Positions 10,970-22,860 of a stretch of 42,183 bases of DNA are shown piece by piece. Every line of letters begins with the position of its first letter. Within the stretch, counting starts at the first letter, position 1. The translations under genes were made by a program, and so were the position numbers. Under the pieces are notes generated by a model. The model saw only the letters and a program-made list of their open reading frames with translations, was not told the DNA's origin and did not search any database. The DNA is from Macrostomum lignano (lineage: Eukaryota), in NCBI GenBank assembly GCA_002269645.1, contig NIVC01004554.1, forward strand, positions 1-42,183, written 5' to 3'.

Positions 10970-11836
10970 AAAATTGAAAACCAGGATGCTAGCTGCAGCT
11001 GGCTGCCAAATTGAAAACCAGGATGCTACCTGTAGTTGGCTGCCAAATTGAAAACCAGGATGCTACCTGTAGTTGGCTGCCAAATTGAAAACCAGGATGC
11101 TAGCTGTAGTTGGCTGCCAAATTGAAAACCAGGATGCTAGCTGCAGCTGGCTGCCAAATTGAAAACCAGGATGCTACCTGTAGTTGGCTGCCAAATTGAA
11201 AACCAGGATGCTACCTGTAGTTGGCTGCCAAATTGAAAACCAGGATGCTACCTGTAGTTGGCTGCCAAATTGAAAACCAGGATGCTAGCTGCAAGGCTGC
11301 CAAATTGAAAACCAGGATGCTACCTGTAGTTGGCTGCCAAATTGAAAACCAGGATGCTACCTGTAGTTGGCTGCCAAATTGAAAACCAGGATGCTACCTG
11401 TAGTTGGCTGCCAAATTGAAAACCAGGATGCTAGCTGCAGCTGGCTGCCAAATTGAAAACCAGGATGCTACCTGTAGTTGGCTGCCAAATTGAAAACCAG
11501 GATGCTACCTGTAGTTGGCTGCCAAATTGAAAACCAGGATGCTACCTGTAGTTGGCTGCCAAATTGAAAACCAGGATGCTACCTGTAGTTGGCTGCCAAA
11601 TTGAAAACCAGGATGCTAGCTGCAAGGCTGCCAAATTGAAAACCAGGATGCTACCTGTAGTTGGCTGCCAAATTGAAAACCAGGATGCTACCTGTAGTTG
11701 GCTGCCAAATTGAAAACCAGGATGCTACCTGTAGTTGGCTGCCAAATTGAAAACCAGGATGCTAGCTGCAGCTGGCTGCCAAATTGAAAACCAGGATGCT
11801 ACCTGTAGTTGGCTGCCAAATTGAAAACCAGGATGC
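10970..11836. repeat. 37-bp minisatellite, ~23 copies
   Basis: Unit CAAATTGAAAACCAGGATGCTACCTGTAGTTGGCTGC, with interspersed variants AGCTGCAGCTGG and AGCTGCAAGG. Confidence 0.97.
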
Positions 11837-12569
11837 ATCAGTCAAAAAGTCAAAATCGAATAAGATACCAACATTGCTTGCTTCACTTTTACACTACTCA
11901 GCCTCTGATCCAAGGACTCCATGTTTACGAGCGTACAGATTACCCAAATTGATAGAAATATCTTGGAATCCCAATACTCGTAGTTCCCTAATTATGAAAA
12001 TATTTATACTCCAAATGAAGTATAAACTACATAAAGTATAGAACTTAAGTTACATGGCGTCTGTGGTTAAAATTCAGAATGACGCACGCCATGACGCAGA
12101 AAAACCTTAGCTCGTGGACTTTCTCGCACTGTTAGGCATCGAATGAGGGCAATTTTTTGCAAAACCGCATGGTTCGTACAATTATTTTGTTCATCACGGT
12201 TGTAGGAGTTTACTTTAATTTTTTCGCTAATTGAAAAGAATGGATGCTCCTGCTTCTTAAATGGCAATCCGTAAAATCACTCCTGATCGGATTTTCGGTT
12301 TATTCTCAATCGATTCAACATGCATCATGCATCTACGCTATTCTGAAAAGCTTGAGTATAATCTAACCATTCATTTGATCAAGGAGTGGATGCATAGCTT
12401 GACAATCTGCGGAGTCAACTTTTAGATATTTCAATCATAATTTACTATTTTTACTCGAATAAACGGTGATATCCAGACAGAAAGTTTTCTACCCCGCAGC
12501 TTCTGTTTAGGGACAAACTAAAGTTGCGGTCTGCAAAATAGTGCTATTGTTTACTACTATAATCTTACA

Positions 12570-12978
12570 TGACCCTCTCTGGTCACGGCTGCTTCTCCAG
12601 GCACCAGTACCTGCAGGGCAACGCCACCTGTAGTTTCTGCAACTCAGGTGACGAAACCGCTGAGCATTTCGTCAGCATCTGTCCCGCCTTCACGCGGGCC
12701 AGACTCACTTACCTCGGGCCACACACATCTATTACTGAAGCGTGCAAACCCGAAAACTTTAATCAGCTCATGCGCTACCTTCGGGCCACCCGCAGGGCTG
12801 AACTCTCCTTTCCAGAGAGCACTATAGCTGCTGGCGACACTGGGGGACCTCCCTGCGCGGCGCCAACTCTCCGTCCATAGCGACGCGTCGGCCGTTCAGA
12901 GACTAGCGGAATGGGCGCCCGCGCCTTCCCGCTGTGTCCCCTCCGGGACAGCCCTGCAGTTAAGTCAAGTAAGTCAAG
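12570..12978 (+). mobile_element. 5'-truncated non-LTR retrotransposon (LINE) 3' end; C-terminal zinc finger of I/R1/Loa-group type
   Basis: Peptide LSGHGCFSRHQYLQGNATCSFCNSGDETAEHFVSICPAFTRARLTYLG; tail TAAGTCAAGTAAGTCAAG; 14-bp TSD ACTATAATCTTACA at 12556-12569 and 12979-12992. Confidence 0.88.
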
Positions 12979-14041
12979 ACTATAATCTTACAACTGTCTA
13001 CCTGCCTGTCTGTCAGCTTACTAAGATACGAGTAATTTATTCGTTTTTTGATCAGCGAAGCTCACTCTTGGCAGTATATACCTTCCTACTACCCATATCG
13101 CGTCATTTTATTGGGTTTATAGTTTATAGCTTCGATCTTATATACGAGTGTAAGATGTGCCATGTCTGATGGTACGAGTAGCTAATAAATTTGAATGTAT
13201 AACAAAAACAAGAGCTAATTATAATTCTAATTCAACGATACTTTTGTCGTAAACATAAAATCTCAGTTTTAATTTCTTCTTGAGCAGTTTTTTTAACTAT
13301 ACTGTTCGTAGTGTGCAACAACAGTTCGAAAATTATTTGAAGTTAGATTTGCAAAGCGTTGAATTGTTTTATGCTGGAAAATCGTTTCAAGTTATGAAGA
13401 TTTATTTTATTATTTTACTATTAGGGTACACATTACTTCTTGATGTCTCCCTGCATGTCGGTATTTTTTATTATATGCATCAGGAATACACAAGCTTATC
13501 CAAAATTTGTTTTTCTACCAAAAAGACTTTGAAATCGATCAAACATCAAAACTACAAGGAAAAGCAACTCTGCAACAATTAAAACGATCGAATAGGCAGA
13601 TCGCAGCATGTCATATTAAATCGTTCGTTGGTTAGTGACTAGAGAGACGCGAAAGATTGAAGTTGGTAACTCGAAACAGTGCAGTCACGGCATACATTGA
13701 AGTGCATTGAATTCATTAGTAGTGCTAAAATCATGTAAGGCGGACAATTTGTTAATCCAAATGTATTGTTATTGATTAAATATGGTGGCTAATTTGTGAC
13801 GGATCGTCTTTCCTAGAAAATTCTATCGCTTGGCTTGAACTCGAACCAACTCGTCTGGCATCTGCCTACTCGTGAAGACTTCCAGGAGACCAAATTACTA
13901 TGCTATGCTAGTCTGGGTTTGTTTGAGTTCGCACTATCACTTAATACGAAGTACCGATGCAGTATTGCCTATCCCTGTCTGTATTCTTTGATGTAGATCT
14001 TGATTTTGTTTCGCCCCCTATCACAGGTTACTCCAATCTGC

Positions 14042-14253
14042 TCACAAAGCTACACAGCCGCCCTTCTCTTTAAACGGATTCTCAGTCTGCTTGGTGAACC
14101 CGTTGATCAGCATGTCATCGGCAGAGCGATCCTCGCAGTACTTGATCAGCTCCGCCACTGTCTGCGACACTGACAGGCGGTTCAGGCCGGCCTCCACCCG
14201 CAGCTGTTCCACCATGCAGCGCTGCACCGCCAGAGCGTCAGCCAGTTTGCTCA
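14042..14253 (-). CDS. Heterotrimeric G-protein gamma subunit 1, main coding exon (the A of ATG is predicted at 14611)
   Basis: GGL-type sequence MVEQLRVEA...VSQTVAELIKYCE...DDMLINGF...ENPFKEKGGCVAL* ending in a CAAX box. CTAAT...TTTCAG acceptor ends at 14254. Confidence 0.93.
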
Positions 14254-14352
14254 CTGAAATCGGTAAATTAGGTTTGGAATCCTAGCAGGTTGTGGCGTCT
14301 TCATCCGCAACTTACTGTTCCACCTGTAGTGTCTCGTCTGTTTGCTGTCACG

Positions 14353-14487
14353 CAGACCCAATTGACCCTCAGAAACTGCTGCAGTCTGAGACCCAATTGA
14401 CCCTTAGAAACTGCTGCAGTCCGAGACCCAATGGACCCTCAGTAACTGCTGCAGTCCGAGACCCAATTGACCCTCAGAAACTGCTGT
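14353..14487. repeat. ~35-bp minisatellite, ~4 copies, in the predicted Ggamma-1 intron
   Basis: Repeated GACCCAATTGACCCTCAGAAACTGCTGCAGTCYGA. Confidence 0.9.
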
Positions 14488-15959
14488 ACTCCGCAAAGTT
14501 ATGAACCTCCTTCCGTTTTGCAGCTCTGTGCATAATTAAAATCAGCAATGACGCTTTCGACGCTTACGAGTAAAAACAATTTTGCTTGAGAGAACTTGAC
14601 GGGTCCTTACTTTTCTAAAGACGGTCTCACGGAATGCTGAGCACAGGAGAGAAGAACACTTTTTTGCTTAGGAAAACCTTCACGCTGCGTTTCCTGCTGT
14701 GAGCGACGCTGTCTGCATTGAACTTGAATTGAAGCCGCCGAGAGATGGCCTCTTTGTATAGGATCTGTACCAATCCTCTGGAGTGGCTGCTGCCTAATTC
14801 TCAAAAGCGCAGCTCCCATTGGTCGATGGCCTTCCCCTTGACTGCAACCGTGGCTGTAATCCCCCCTGCAGCCCATGGGATATGAACTATGCTATAGACC
14901 AGGCAATTGTCGTGCAGACTGCAACAGCTGCTTTTTACTGGTGGCGTTGAAGACACGCACGCCCCCCGTCCTCCCTGTCTGCCTGTCTTCTGGTACTGCG
15001 TTCCCTCCTCCCCAGCTACTCCCTGAATTTGAAATTCTGCCTTGGGTTGCCTGCGCCCCTTATTCTTCTTCTATTGCTTCTTCCAGCGCTCCTGTATTCT
15101 CCATACTCGTATTATTATTCCTCTTCGCCAAGCCAGCAACCGTAGGAATAGCGTAGCAGCAAGTCAAGTCCCACACAGGCCATATTCAACTGTCAACTAA
15201 CCGAAACGGTGTATCTTTCATTTTCTCTTCTCTCCGTTCGCACGAACTCCCCTTCCCCTCTTTATGGACGGGCGCGGTGCGGAGGCAGAAATGACCAGGC
15301 CTTCCAATTTGCAATTCGAGATGGCGGGTGGTGGCGCAAAGTGCAAATTTGTGGAGCTTTCGGGGTGTGGAAAATTTACATTAGCTATTGCTGCTCCTGG
15401 GGCTGGGCTTGGCAGATATGCGTTTTTTAGGGCCACCCGTCATGGCCTATGCAGCGTCATGCAGCGCTTTCATCCCGGCAAAAGCGAACCCTGAATGCAT
15501 GGGCTTCATATGCACCCCGGTTTCAGCCTTTCATAACTCCGCTCGATTTCCGCCATGCCAGAGGTTTTTGTTCGTCCGAATTTTCTAATTGGCAAGGCCA
15601 ACCATGGAAACTATTTTGCAAAAGTAAAATATTATTTAACGTTGTGGTCTCATTCTTCATTAATGAGCGTAGCAAATATCGCAAAAATGACCAGCCAATG
15701 AAATGGTAGTCTTAGCTCGTACGAAATAGCTCACTTTGAACTCAATAATATTATTGTTTAAAAGGTTCGAGACAATGTGGCACTGAGTTCGTATACGCAT
15801 CGGCCTCTGAGGCTCTGGATCCTGCGGGGTCTATGTGGGCAGCTGATCTCCCACTTGGAAAAATAGCTCCACTGGAAGTACCGCGTGTAGAGTAATTTAA
15901 GATAACTTTTGAATTATTTGGTTTTTACTTAAACCAGAATATATTAATTGGAATTGTTA

Positions 15960-16333
15960 AGAAACAACAGTGAGTGGCGTAGGGCCCACATGAGTGTTAC
16001 ATATGTAAGACTTAAATTTAGGCCTAGGAGTTAAGTGCAGATAAGAAAAGGAGCGGTAGAGTGCGCGACTGAAGAAAGAGACGAGATTGAATAGCCAATC
16101 AGAAGGCAGTGAGGGAAAGAGATAAGAGAAGGAGGGTGGAGTGCGCGACTGAGGAGTGGCGAGATTGAATAGCCAATCAGAAAGCAGTGAGGGAAATAGA
16201 TAAGAGAAGGAGGGGTGCAGTGCGCGACTGAGGAAAGAGGCGAGATTGAATAGCCAATCAGAAGGCAGTGAGGGAGAGAGACAAGAATAACAAGACAGGA
16301 CTGGACTGGACTGAGAGGGAGAGAAAACAGAGT

Positions 16334-16393
<60 letters not shown>

Positions 16394-16460
16394 GAGGGCT
16401 GAAGAGATGACTAAGAAAGTCACGACACCGCGTATGACGTATATGACACGCGCCAATCAC
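15960..16460. repeat. Interspersed repeat copy with three ~80-bp CCAAT-containing subunits and a (GA)n tract at ~16336-16391
   Basis: GAGATTGAATAGCCAATCAGAA occurs three times (CCAAT near 16095, 16173, 16254). A diverged homologue lies at ~33970-34220. Confidence 0.7.
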
Positions 16461-16936
16461 GTGCTTACAGTATAATAAAAATATAATTAAAATCTACGAA
16501 GTGCACAGGCAATAATGGATAACTTTTAAGCTGCAAATCTTATCGATTTATATGATAATATTTACAGTCATAGCATCCGGCAGGATTTCAGCTGCAAGCA
16601 CCTGATCGCGGTGTAATTTATGGCGCCCGCAGCCCTTTTTATTACCATTTATTTTTATCAAAGCCCGGCGCCGCCGCTTTGCTTGCTTCGGCTCAGAGTC
16701 AGCCGGAGGCGTCGTAAATGAACTCAAAAAATGGTTGCGAGTGGCCTTGAGATTGAGTGGGAAATTGCACTTATACGACCTACTGTGGTTGAATGGGCGA
16801 CGCGGGCTCATGACCGCAGGACTGATGCGGTTCTTCATACAAATATTAGTGCTTCTGGCTGCCGAATGGAGGGGAGCTGAGTGCCAGGGAAGGCAGTGGA
16901 GTGACAATTTAGAAAGTAGAGTGCGATGGATAAGAC

Positions 16937-17810
16937 GGAGTGCCAGATGAGACAGTGGAGTACCAGATGGGACAATGGAGTGCCAGATGAGACAATGGAG
17001 TGCCAGATGAGACAATGGAGTGCCAGATGAGACAATGGAGTGCCAGACGAGACAGTGGAGTGCCAGATGAGACAGTGGAGTGCCAGACGAGACAGTGGAG
17101 TGCCAGATGAGACAATAGAGTGCCAGATGAGACAGTGGAGTGCCAGATGAGACAATGGAGTGCCAGATGAGGCAGTGGAGTGCCAGATGAGACAATGGAG
17201 TGCCAGACGAGACAGTGGAGTGCCAGATGAGACAGTGGAGTGCCAGATGAGACAATAGAGTGCCAGATGAGGCAGTGGAGTGCCAGATGAGACAGTGGAG
17301 TGCCAGACGAGACAGTGGAGTGCCAGATGAGACAGTGGAGTGCCAGATGAGACAATAGAGTGCCAGATGAGACAGTGGAGTGCCAGATGAGACAATGGAG
17401 TGCCAGATGAGGCAGTGGAGTGCCAGATGAGACAATGGAGTGCCAGACGAGACAGTGGAGTGCCAGATGAGACAGTGGAGTGCCAGATGAGACAGTGGAA
17501 TGCCAGATGAGACAATAGAGTGCCAGATGAGACAGTGGAGTGCCAGATGAGACAATGGAGTGCCAGATGAGGCAGTGGAGTGCCAGATGAGACAGTGGAG
17601 TGCCAGATGAGACAATGGAGTGCCAGACGAGACAGTGGAGTGCCAGATGAGACAGTGGAGTGCCAGATGAGACAATAGAGTGCCAGATGAGACAGTGGAG
17701 TGCCAGATGAGACAATGGAGTGCCAGATGAGGCAGTGGAGTGCCAGATGAGACAATGGAGTGCCAGATGAGACAGTGGAGTGCCAGATGTGACAATGGAG
17801 TGCTAGATGG
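16937..17810. repeat. 20-bp minisatellite, ~43 copies
   Basis: Unit TGCCAGATGAGACAGTGGAG with CAA/CAG, GAT/GAC and TAG variants. Confidence 0.97.
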
Positions 17811-18224
17811 TGATAATAGCTGGTGAAATGTTTAATTCAATTTCAACAAAACTCGTGAAAAACTACGCGCAATCATACATTCCTGATGCACTTATATTTT
17901 CGTAGTATCTGTTTGACGTAAAAATATCAAACAAGGTGATCGCAGGTGTGATAGCTACTAGAAGGCGGGGGTCATGCTCTATTTAAATGAAGAACAGTGT
18001 CCAGCACATAGGGTTCCTTGTGTCAGTGCGGTAAGCATTTACGGGTGGACAGTTATGGTGAGACAAGCTTTAACAATGCGTACACCTTGAATTACCGTGT
18101 TGGAACTGGCCGTAGCATGAAAAAGGGGGATTTGGGAAATGCGGCTACAAGCAAAGCAAGCCGAAGGTTCTCGCAGATTGATAAATAATTTAGTATCTTG
18201 GGCATGGCAGACAGCTCACACAAC

Positions 18225-18400
18225 ATTCCAATTGATATAGCCTTCACAACTGGCACAGACTCCAATCGACACAAACTGACACAGACCCCAATTGACAGCC
18301 TTCACAACTGGCATAAATTTCAATTGACAGCCTTCACAACTGACACAGACTCCAATTTACAGCCTTCACAACTGACACAGACTCCAATTTACAGCCTCCC
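18225..18400. repeat. Degenerate ~33-bp tandem repeat downstream (3') of Ggamma-2
   Basis: Repeated ACAGACTCCAATTKACAGCCTTCACAACTG. Confidence 0.8.
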
Positions 18401-18438
18401 GCTGACAGCCCCTTCCTGTTTCTGCCAGCAGTCCCAGA

Positions 18439-18639
18439 TCAAAGCAGGGAGCAGCCGCCGCTCTCCTGGAACGGGTTGTCCTTCTTGGCAGCGAACCCGG
18501 TGACCAGGCAGTCGCCTTCCTTCTCCTTCTCCACGAATTGCAGCATCTCGCGAACGCACTCGGACACCGGCTTTCGCTCCAGGGCGGCCTCTTGACGCAG
18601 CTGCTCAACCATCTTCTTCTGTTGAGAGATGGCCGCCAT
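18439..18639 (-). CDS. Heterotrimeric G-protein gamma subunit 2
   Basis: MAAISQQKKMVEQLRQEAALERKPVSECVREMLQFVEKEKEGDCLVTGFAAKKDNPFQESGGCSLL*, with GGL motifs and CAAX CSLL. ATG directly follows a pyrimidine-rich CAG acceptor; a GTAAGT donor sits at 19378. Confidence 0.95.
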   Translation of the reverse strand: MAAISQQKKMVEQLRQEAALERKPVSECVREMLQFVEKEKEGDCLVTGFAAKKDNPFQESGGCSLL

Positions 18640-18669
18640 CTGGGGGAGTGCGGAGCAGATACATGTACA

Positions 18670-18965
18670 TTTTGGACATTACATGATACATGTTAGACAT
18701 TGTAGACACCTGTTGAACATTACAGATACCTGTTTGACATTACAGACACCTGCTGGACATTACAGACACCTGTTTGACATTACAGACACCTGCTGGACAT
18801 TACAGACACCTGTTTGACATTACAGATACCTTTTGAACATTACAGATACATTTTTGATATTACAGATGCATTTTTGACATTACAGATACCTGTTTGACAT
18901 TAAATATACCTGTTAGACATTGCAGACACCTGTTAGACATTACAAATACCTGATGTAAATTGCCG
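18670..18965. repeat. 20-bp minisatellite in the predicted Ggamma-2 5' intron
   Basis: Unit ACATTACAGAYACCTGYTKG, degenerating toward both ends. Confidence 0.9.
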
Positions 18966-19994
18966 ATACCCTGTAGATATTTCCATTCGCCCGTTTAACA
19001 CATAAGGGTCTTCAATTGAACATCAGAACAGTCGGTTGCACAGAGATGTTTTAAAACTTTAGGAGAGCGGCCGCCCTGCTGCAGGCCAAGTCCGGGATGA
19101 AATGTCACGCTCCCCGTGGCTTATCAGGCCAGCGCTAAAGCGGGGGGGGGGGCACCAGCCGCATGTGGCAGAGCAAAGAAGTGCTTTGGATTATTTTTGT
19201 TCAGCTAAAACCAACTTTGCGCAGAGTGTATGTTTGTATTCAAGCCGCGACACTAAGTCAACAAAGCACTTCAGACAGTCGTGGCTGCAGGAGGGTTCAA
19301 CTGTCCCCATATTGGAAAAGGAACCCTATTTTAAAATATTGCAGCCCCGGGTCCATGAACAGCGAGCACAGCACTTACAGCTGACTACAGGTGACTGCTT
19401 CTGGGTTGCTTGCGTCTCACGCTGCCGGTGCAGGTGCAATTCTTGCGCGGAGCTTTCGGTCCCGCTGCCTGCCTGCTTCGAGCTACAGTTCTGTCTTTAT
19501 GAGGCTTTGGCGCAGTCAGTGCAACCTTGATTGCCGCAACAGCGCACGAGACAAGCTTAGGGAAGGCATCAAGGATGTCTCTCTCCCTCTCCTCCCTCTC
19601 CCCCCTCTGTACCCTCCCTGCGCCGCAAGCCGTCGCAAACAAGGCGATTCCGAGTGTTCGGAGGTCGGATCAATACGAATGCGCGGTGCCTGGCTGAAAG
19701 CAGACACTAAAAAGGCCATGAGGAACTTCGGTTGCGGGCGCTGCAGAGGCTGCGCATTCAAGGGGTGGGTAGTCCGCTGCCAGGTGCTCTGCACTCTTCA
19801 GTAACTTGCTGTACGCTCTCTGCCGCCTGCCTTCTGCAGGTGTGGTGGTGGAATTTTCACGAATTTAAAACAAGAAATGCATCTGACAAGAAATTCAGAT
19901 ATATGAATCCAGCCGTAGAGCTAATGTGGTATCTCAATGGCGTCATTTCAAGGTTTTCGATCCTACTGACAAGCAAACGCCTTCCTCTGACACC

Positions 19995-20290
19995 ACAGAA
20001 CATCTGACACCCCATAGCATCTGACACCACAGCCTCCACTGACGCTCCACAGCCTCCACAGACGCTCCACACCCCGCAATGACGCTCCACAGCCTCCAAT
20101 GACGCTCCACATCCTCCACTGACGCTCCACAGCCTCCACTGACGCTCCACAGCTTCCACTGACGCTCCACAGCCTCCACTGACGCTCCACAGCCTCCACA
20201 GCCTCCAATGATGCTCCATAGCCTCCACTGACGCTCCACAGCCTCCACAGACGCTCCACACCCCGCAATGACGTTCCACAGCTTCCACTG
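19995..20290. repeat. ~20-bp degenerate minisatellite
   Basis: Unit GACGCTCCACAGCCTCCACT. Confidence 0.92.
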
Positions 20291-20977
20291 GCACTCAGAA
20301 AGTGGCGGTTCCAAATTCGAAATCCGCAGTATTAAAACGACTTTTATCTCTTTTGTCAGTTGTGTATGGCGCACTGATACTCTTTATGCACTACTTGCAA
20401 CAGGCTTGTTGGGAAATTTACTTATTACCGCTGAATGACGTGACTAGAACATTCTGACCAGTCAGTAAGACTGGATTTGTACTTTAAAACCAGGAGTTTC
20501 AGCAACATTTTGAGCAACACTGTGGTAGCCGGGACCAAAGTCGAAGTTTCTTGCGTCCTTGAGACCAGAAATCCGTGCAATGCAGCTGCCGTCGGCCCGT
20601 CACTGTCTCTCTTCCTCTCTACTTTCTGTCTCCCAAGGCGGGCGAAGTCTTGAAGGCATAATTGGATTCCCAGAGCCTTGGGGGGAGGAGAGCAGAGATA
20701 GGTATCACTGGATGCGGAGCGCTCTCTGGATTGTACATTGATATTCCGGCTCGTCTGTGCTCACTGCCAGACTATAGTTGCCAGTTCCTGTATGCTGCCA
20801 TTCGTCCAGAGGGAAAAAATCCCCGGAAATTTTCCCACTCTGCCGACTGTTTTTGGCCTATAAACCGTGAGGGGGACAAATTTTTACCTTTATACTTTTC
20901 ACCGAAAATCAATAATAGCGCTAATGGGAGTTCTCGTGGTGGCACCGAGAGGGTCTTCATGGTGGTGCCGATGGGGG

Positions 20978-21353
20978 TTCTCATATTGGCGCAGAGAGGG
21001 TCCTCATATTGGCGCAGAGAGGGTCCTCATATTGGCACAGAGAGGTTCCTCATACTGGCGCAGAGAGGGTCCTCATATTGGCGCAGAGAGGGTCCTCATA
21101 TTGGCGCAGAGAGGGTCCTCATATTGGCGCAGAGAGGGTCCTCATATTGGCGCAGAGAGGGTCCTCATATTGGCGCAGAGAGGGTCCTCATATTGGCGCA
21201 GAGAGGGTCCTCATATTGGCGCAGAGAGGGTCCTCATATTGGCGCAGAGAGGGTCCTCATATTGGCGCAGAGAGGGTCCTCATATTGGCGCAGAGAGGGT
21301 CCTCATATTGGTGCAGAGAGGGTCCTCATATTGGCGCAGAGAGGGTCCTCATG
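20978..21353. repeat. 23-bp minisatellite, ~16 copies
   Basis: Unit TTGGCGCAGAGAGGGTCCTCATA. Confidence 0.97.
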
Positions 21354-22104
21354 GCACCAAAGCCGGCCAGCTGGAAGAGGCCAAAACCAAAACCAACATT
21401 GCATCGATTTCTCCACAACTTCTAAAGTTCTGACCGTCTTTTTCTGCCTTCGATTGCATCAATTTTCCTGTTCTGCAATCGCTATGTAGAACACCTGCCT
21501 GTCTCAAATTATGATTAGGAGAAGCCAAGACAGCTGTGGCCCAGCAACAATGAGCAGCAGCTGCCCTTAAGACAGCGCCTTTGGCGGCAGGACGGCAGAG
21601 AGACCAGTAAAGCCGAAGTCTCGTTGCATGGAAATCGGCCCTAATGAGAACTCAACACCTCCTTCTGGCCGCAGCGGGTTGCTGGGAGGCGAGAGGAGGG
21701 CGGGGCGTCGCTGGCAGGCCTTACCAACCCCAGCCGAGCGGGGATTCCGCCGGATCCGTCAGGACGCAGGAATCGCAGCGAGATTTGTCAAGGCTCGAAC
21801 GTTTACGCGTCGAGGAACTGACGCGCTGTCATGCATAAATCATGCCAGCCGGGGCCTCTCCAGCCCCCTTCAGGCCGGCTCGAGCTGGCTCTGACTGGCT
21901 GTTTACTCTGCAGCCACGGTTCTGATCTGCTGAAAGCAGGATGGCTGCCCCCTGTGCAGCGGGCGGAGCCAACAGTTTCTGCCTGTCTGACGTTTTTTTT
22001 CATTTTAAAGCGCCGCTGAAACATGTCTTGCGCACGGCACGATAACTTTATAAGTTTTATAAATTTGTTCAATCATTTTTTAACGTACAACTGCGAAACA
22101 AATT

Positions 22105-22860
22105 CCCAGAATCTCACTTCCCAGAATCTCACACTCTCCAGAATCTCACACTCTCCAAAATCTCACTGTCCAAAATCTCACTCCCCCAAATCTCACTCCA
22201 AAGAATCTCACTCCCCAAGATCTCACTCCTCAGAGAATCTCACTACCCAGAATCTCACGCCCCAGAATCTCACTCCCCAGAATCTCACTTTCCAATCTCA
22301 CTCTCCAAAATCTCACTCCCCCAAATCTCACTCCAAAGAATCTCACTCCCCAGAATCTCACTCCCCAGAATCTCACTCCCCAGAATCCCACTCCCCAGAA
22401 TCTCACTCCCCAGAATCTCACTCCCCAGAATCTCACTCCCCAGAATCTCACTCCCCAGAATCCCACTCCCCAGAATCTCACTCCCCAGAATCTCACTCCC
22501 CAGAATCTCACTCCCCAGAATCTCACTCCCCAGAATCTCACTCCCCAGAATCTCACTCCCCAGAATCCCACTCCCCAGAATCTCACTCCCCAGAATCCCA
22601 CTCCCCAGAATCTCACTCTCCAAAATCTCACTCCCCCAAATCTCACTCCAAAGAATCTCACTCCCCAGAATCTCACTCCCCAGAATCTCACTCCCCAGAA
22701 TCCCACTCCCCAGAATCCCACTCCCCAGAATCTCACTCCCCGGAATCTCACTCCTAGAGAATCTCACTCCCAGAGAATCTCACTCCCCAGAGAATCTCAC
22801 TTCTCAGAGATTCTCACTTCTCAGAGAATCTCACTCCACTGAGAATCTCACAGAATCTCG
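22105..22860. repeat. 15-bp minisatellite, ~50 copies
   Basis: Unit CAGAATCTCACTCCC; it produces the spurious ESHSP / GVRFW / SEILG ORFs. Confidence 0.97.

Noticed and set aside
10970-11836. CRISPR-like 37-bp repeat
   Set aside because: Units are head-to-tail with no unique spacers, there are no cas genes, and the context is eukaryotic.
14860-15120. Possible LINE endonuclease remnant on the minus strand (EDRQTGRTGGVRVF)
   Set aside because: Only one weak motif, with stops and no TSD or tail; insufficient support.
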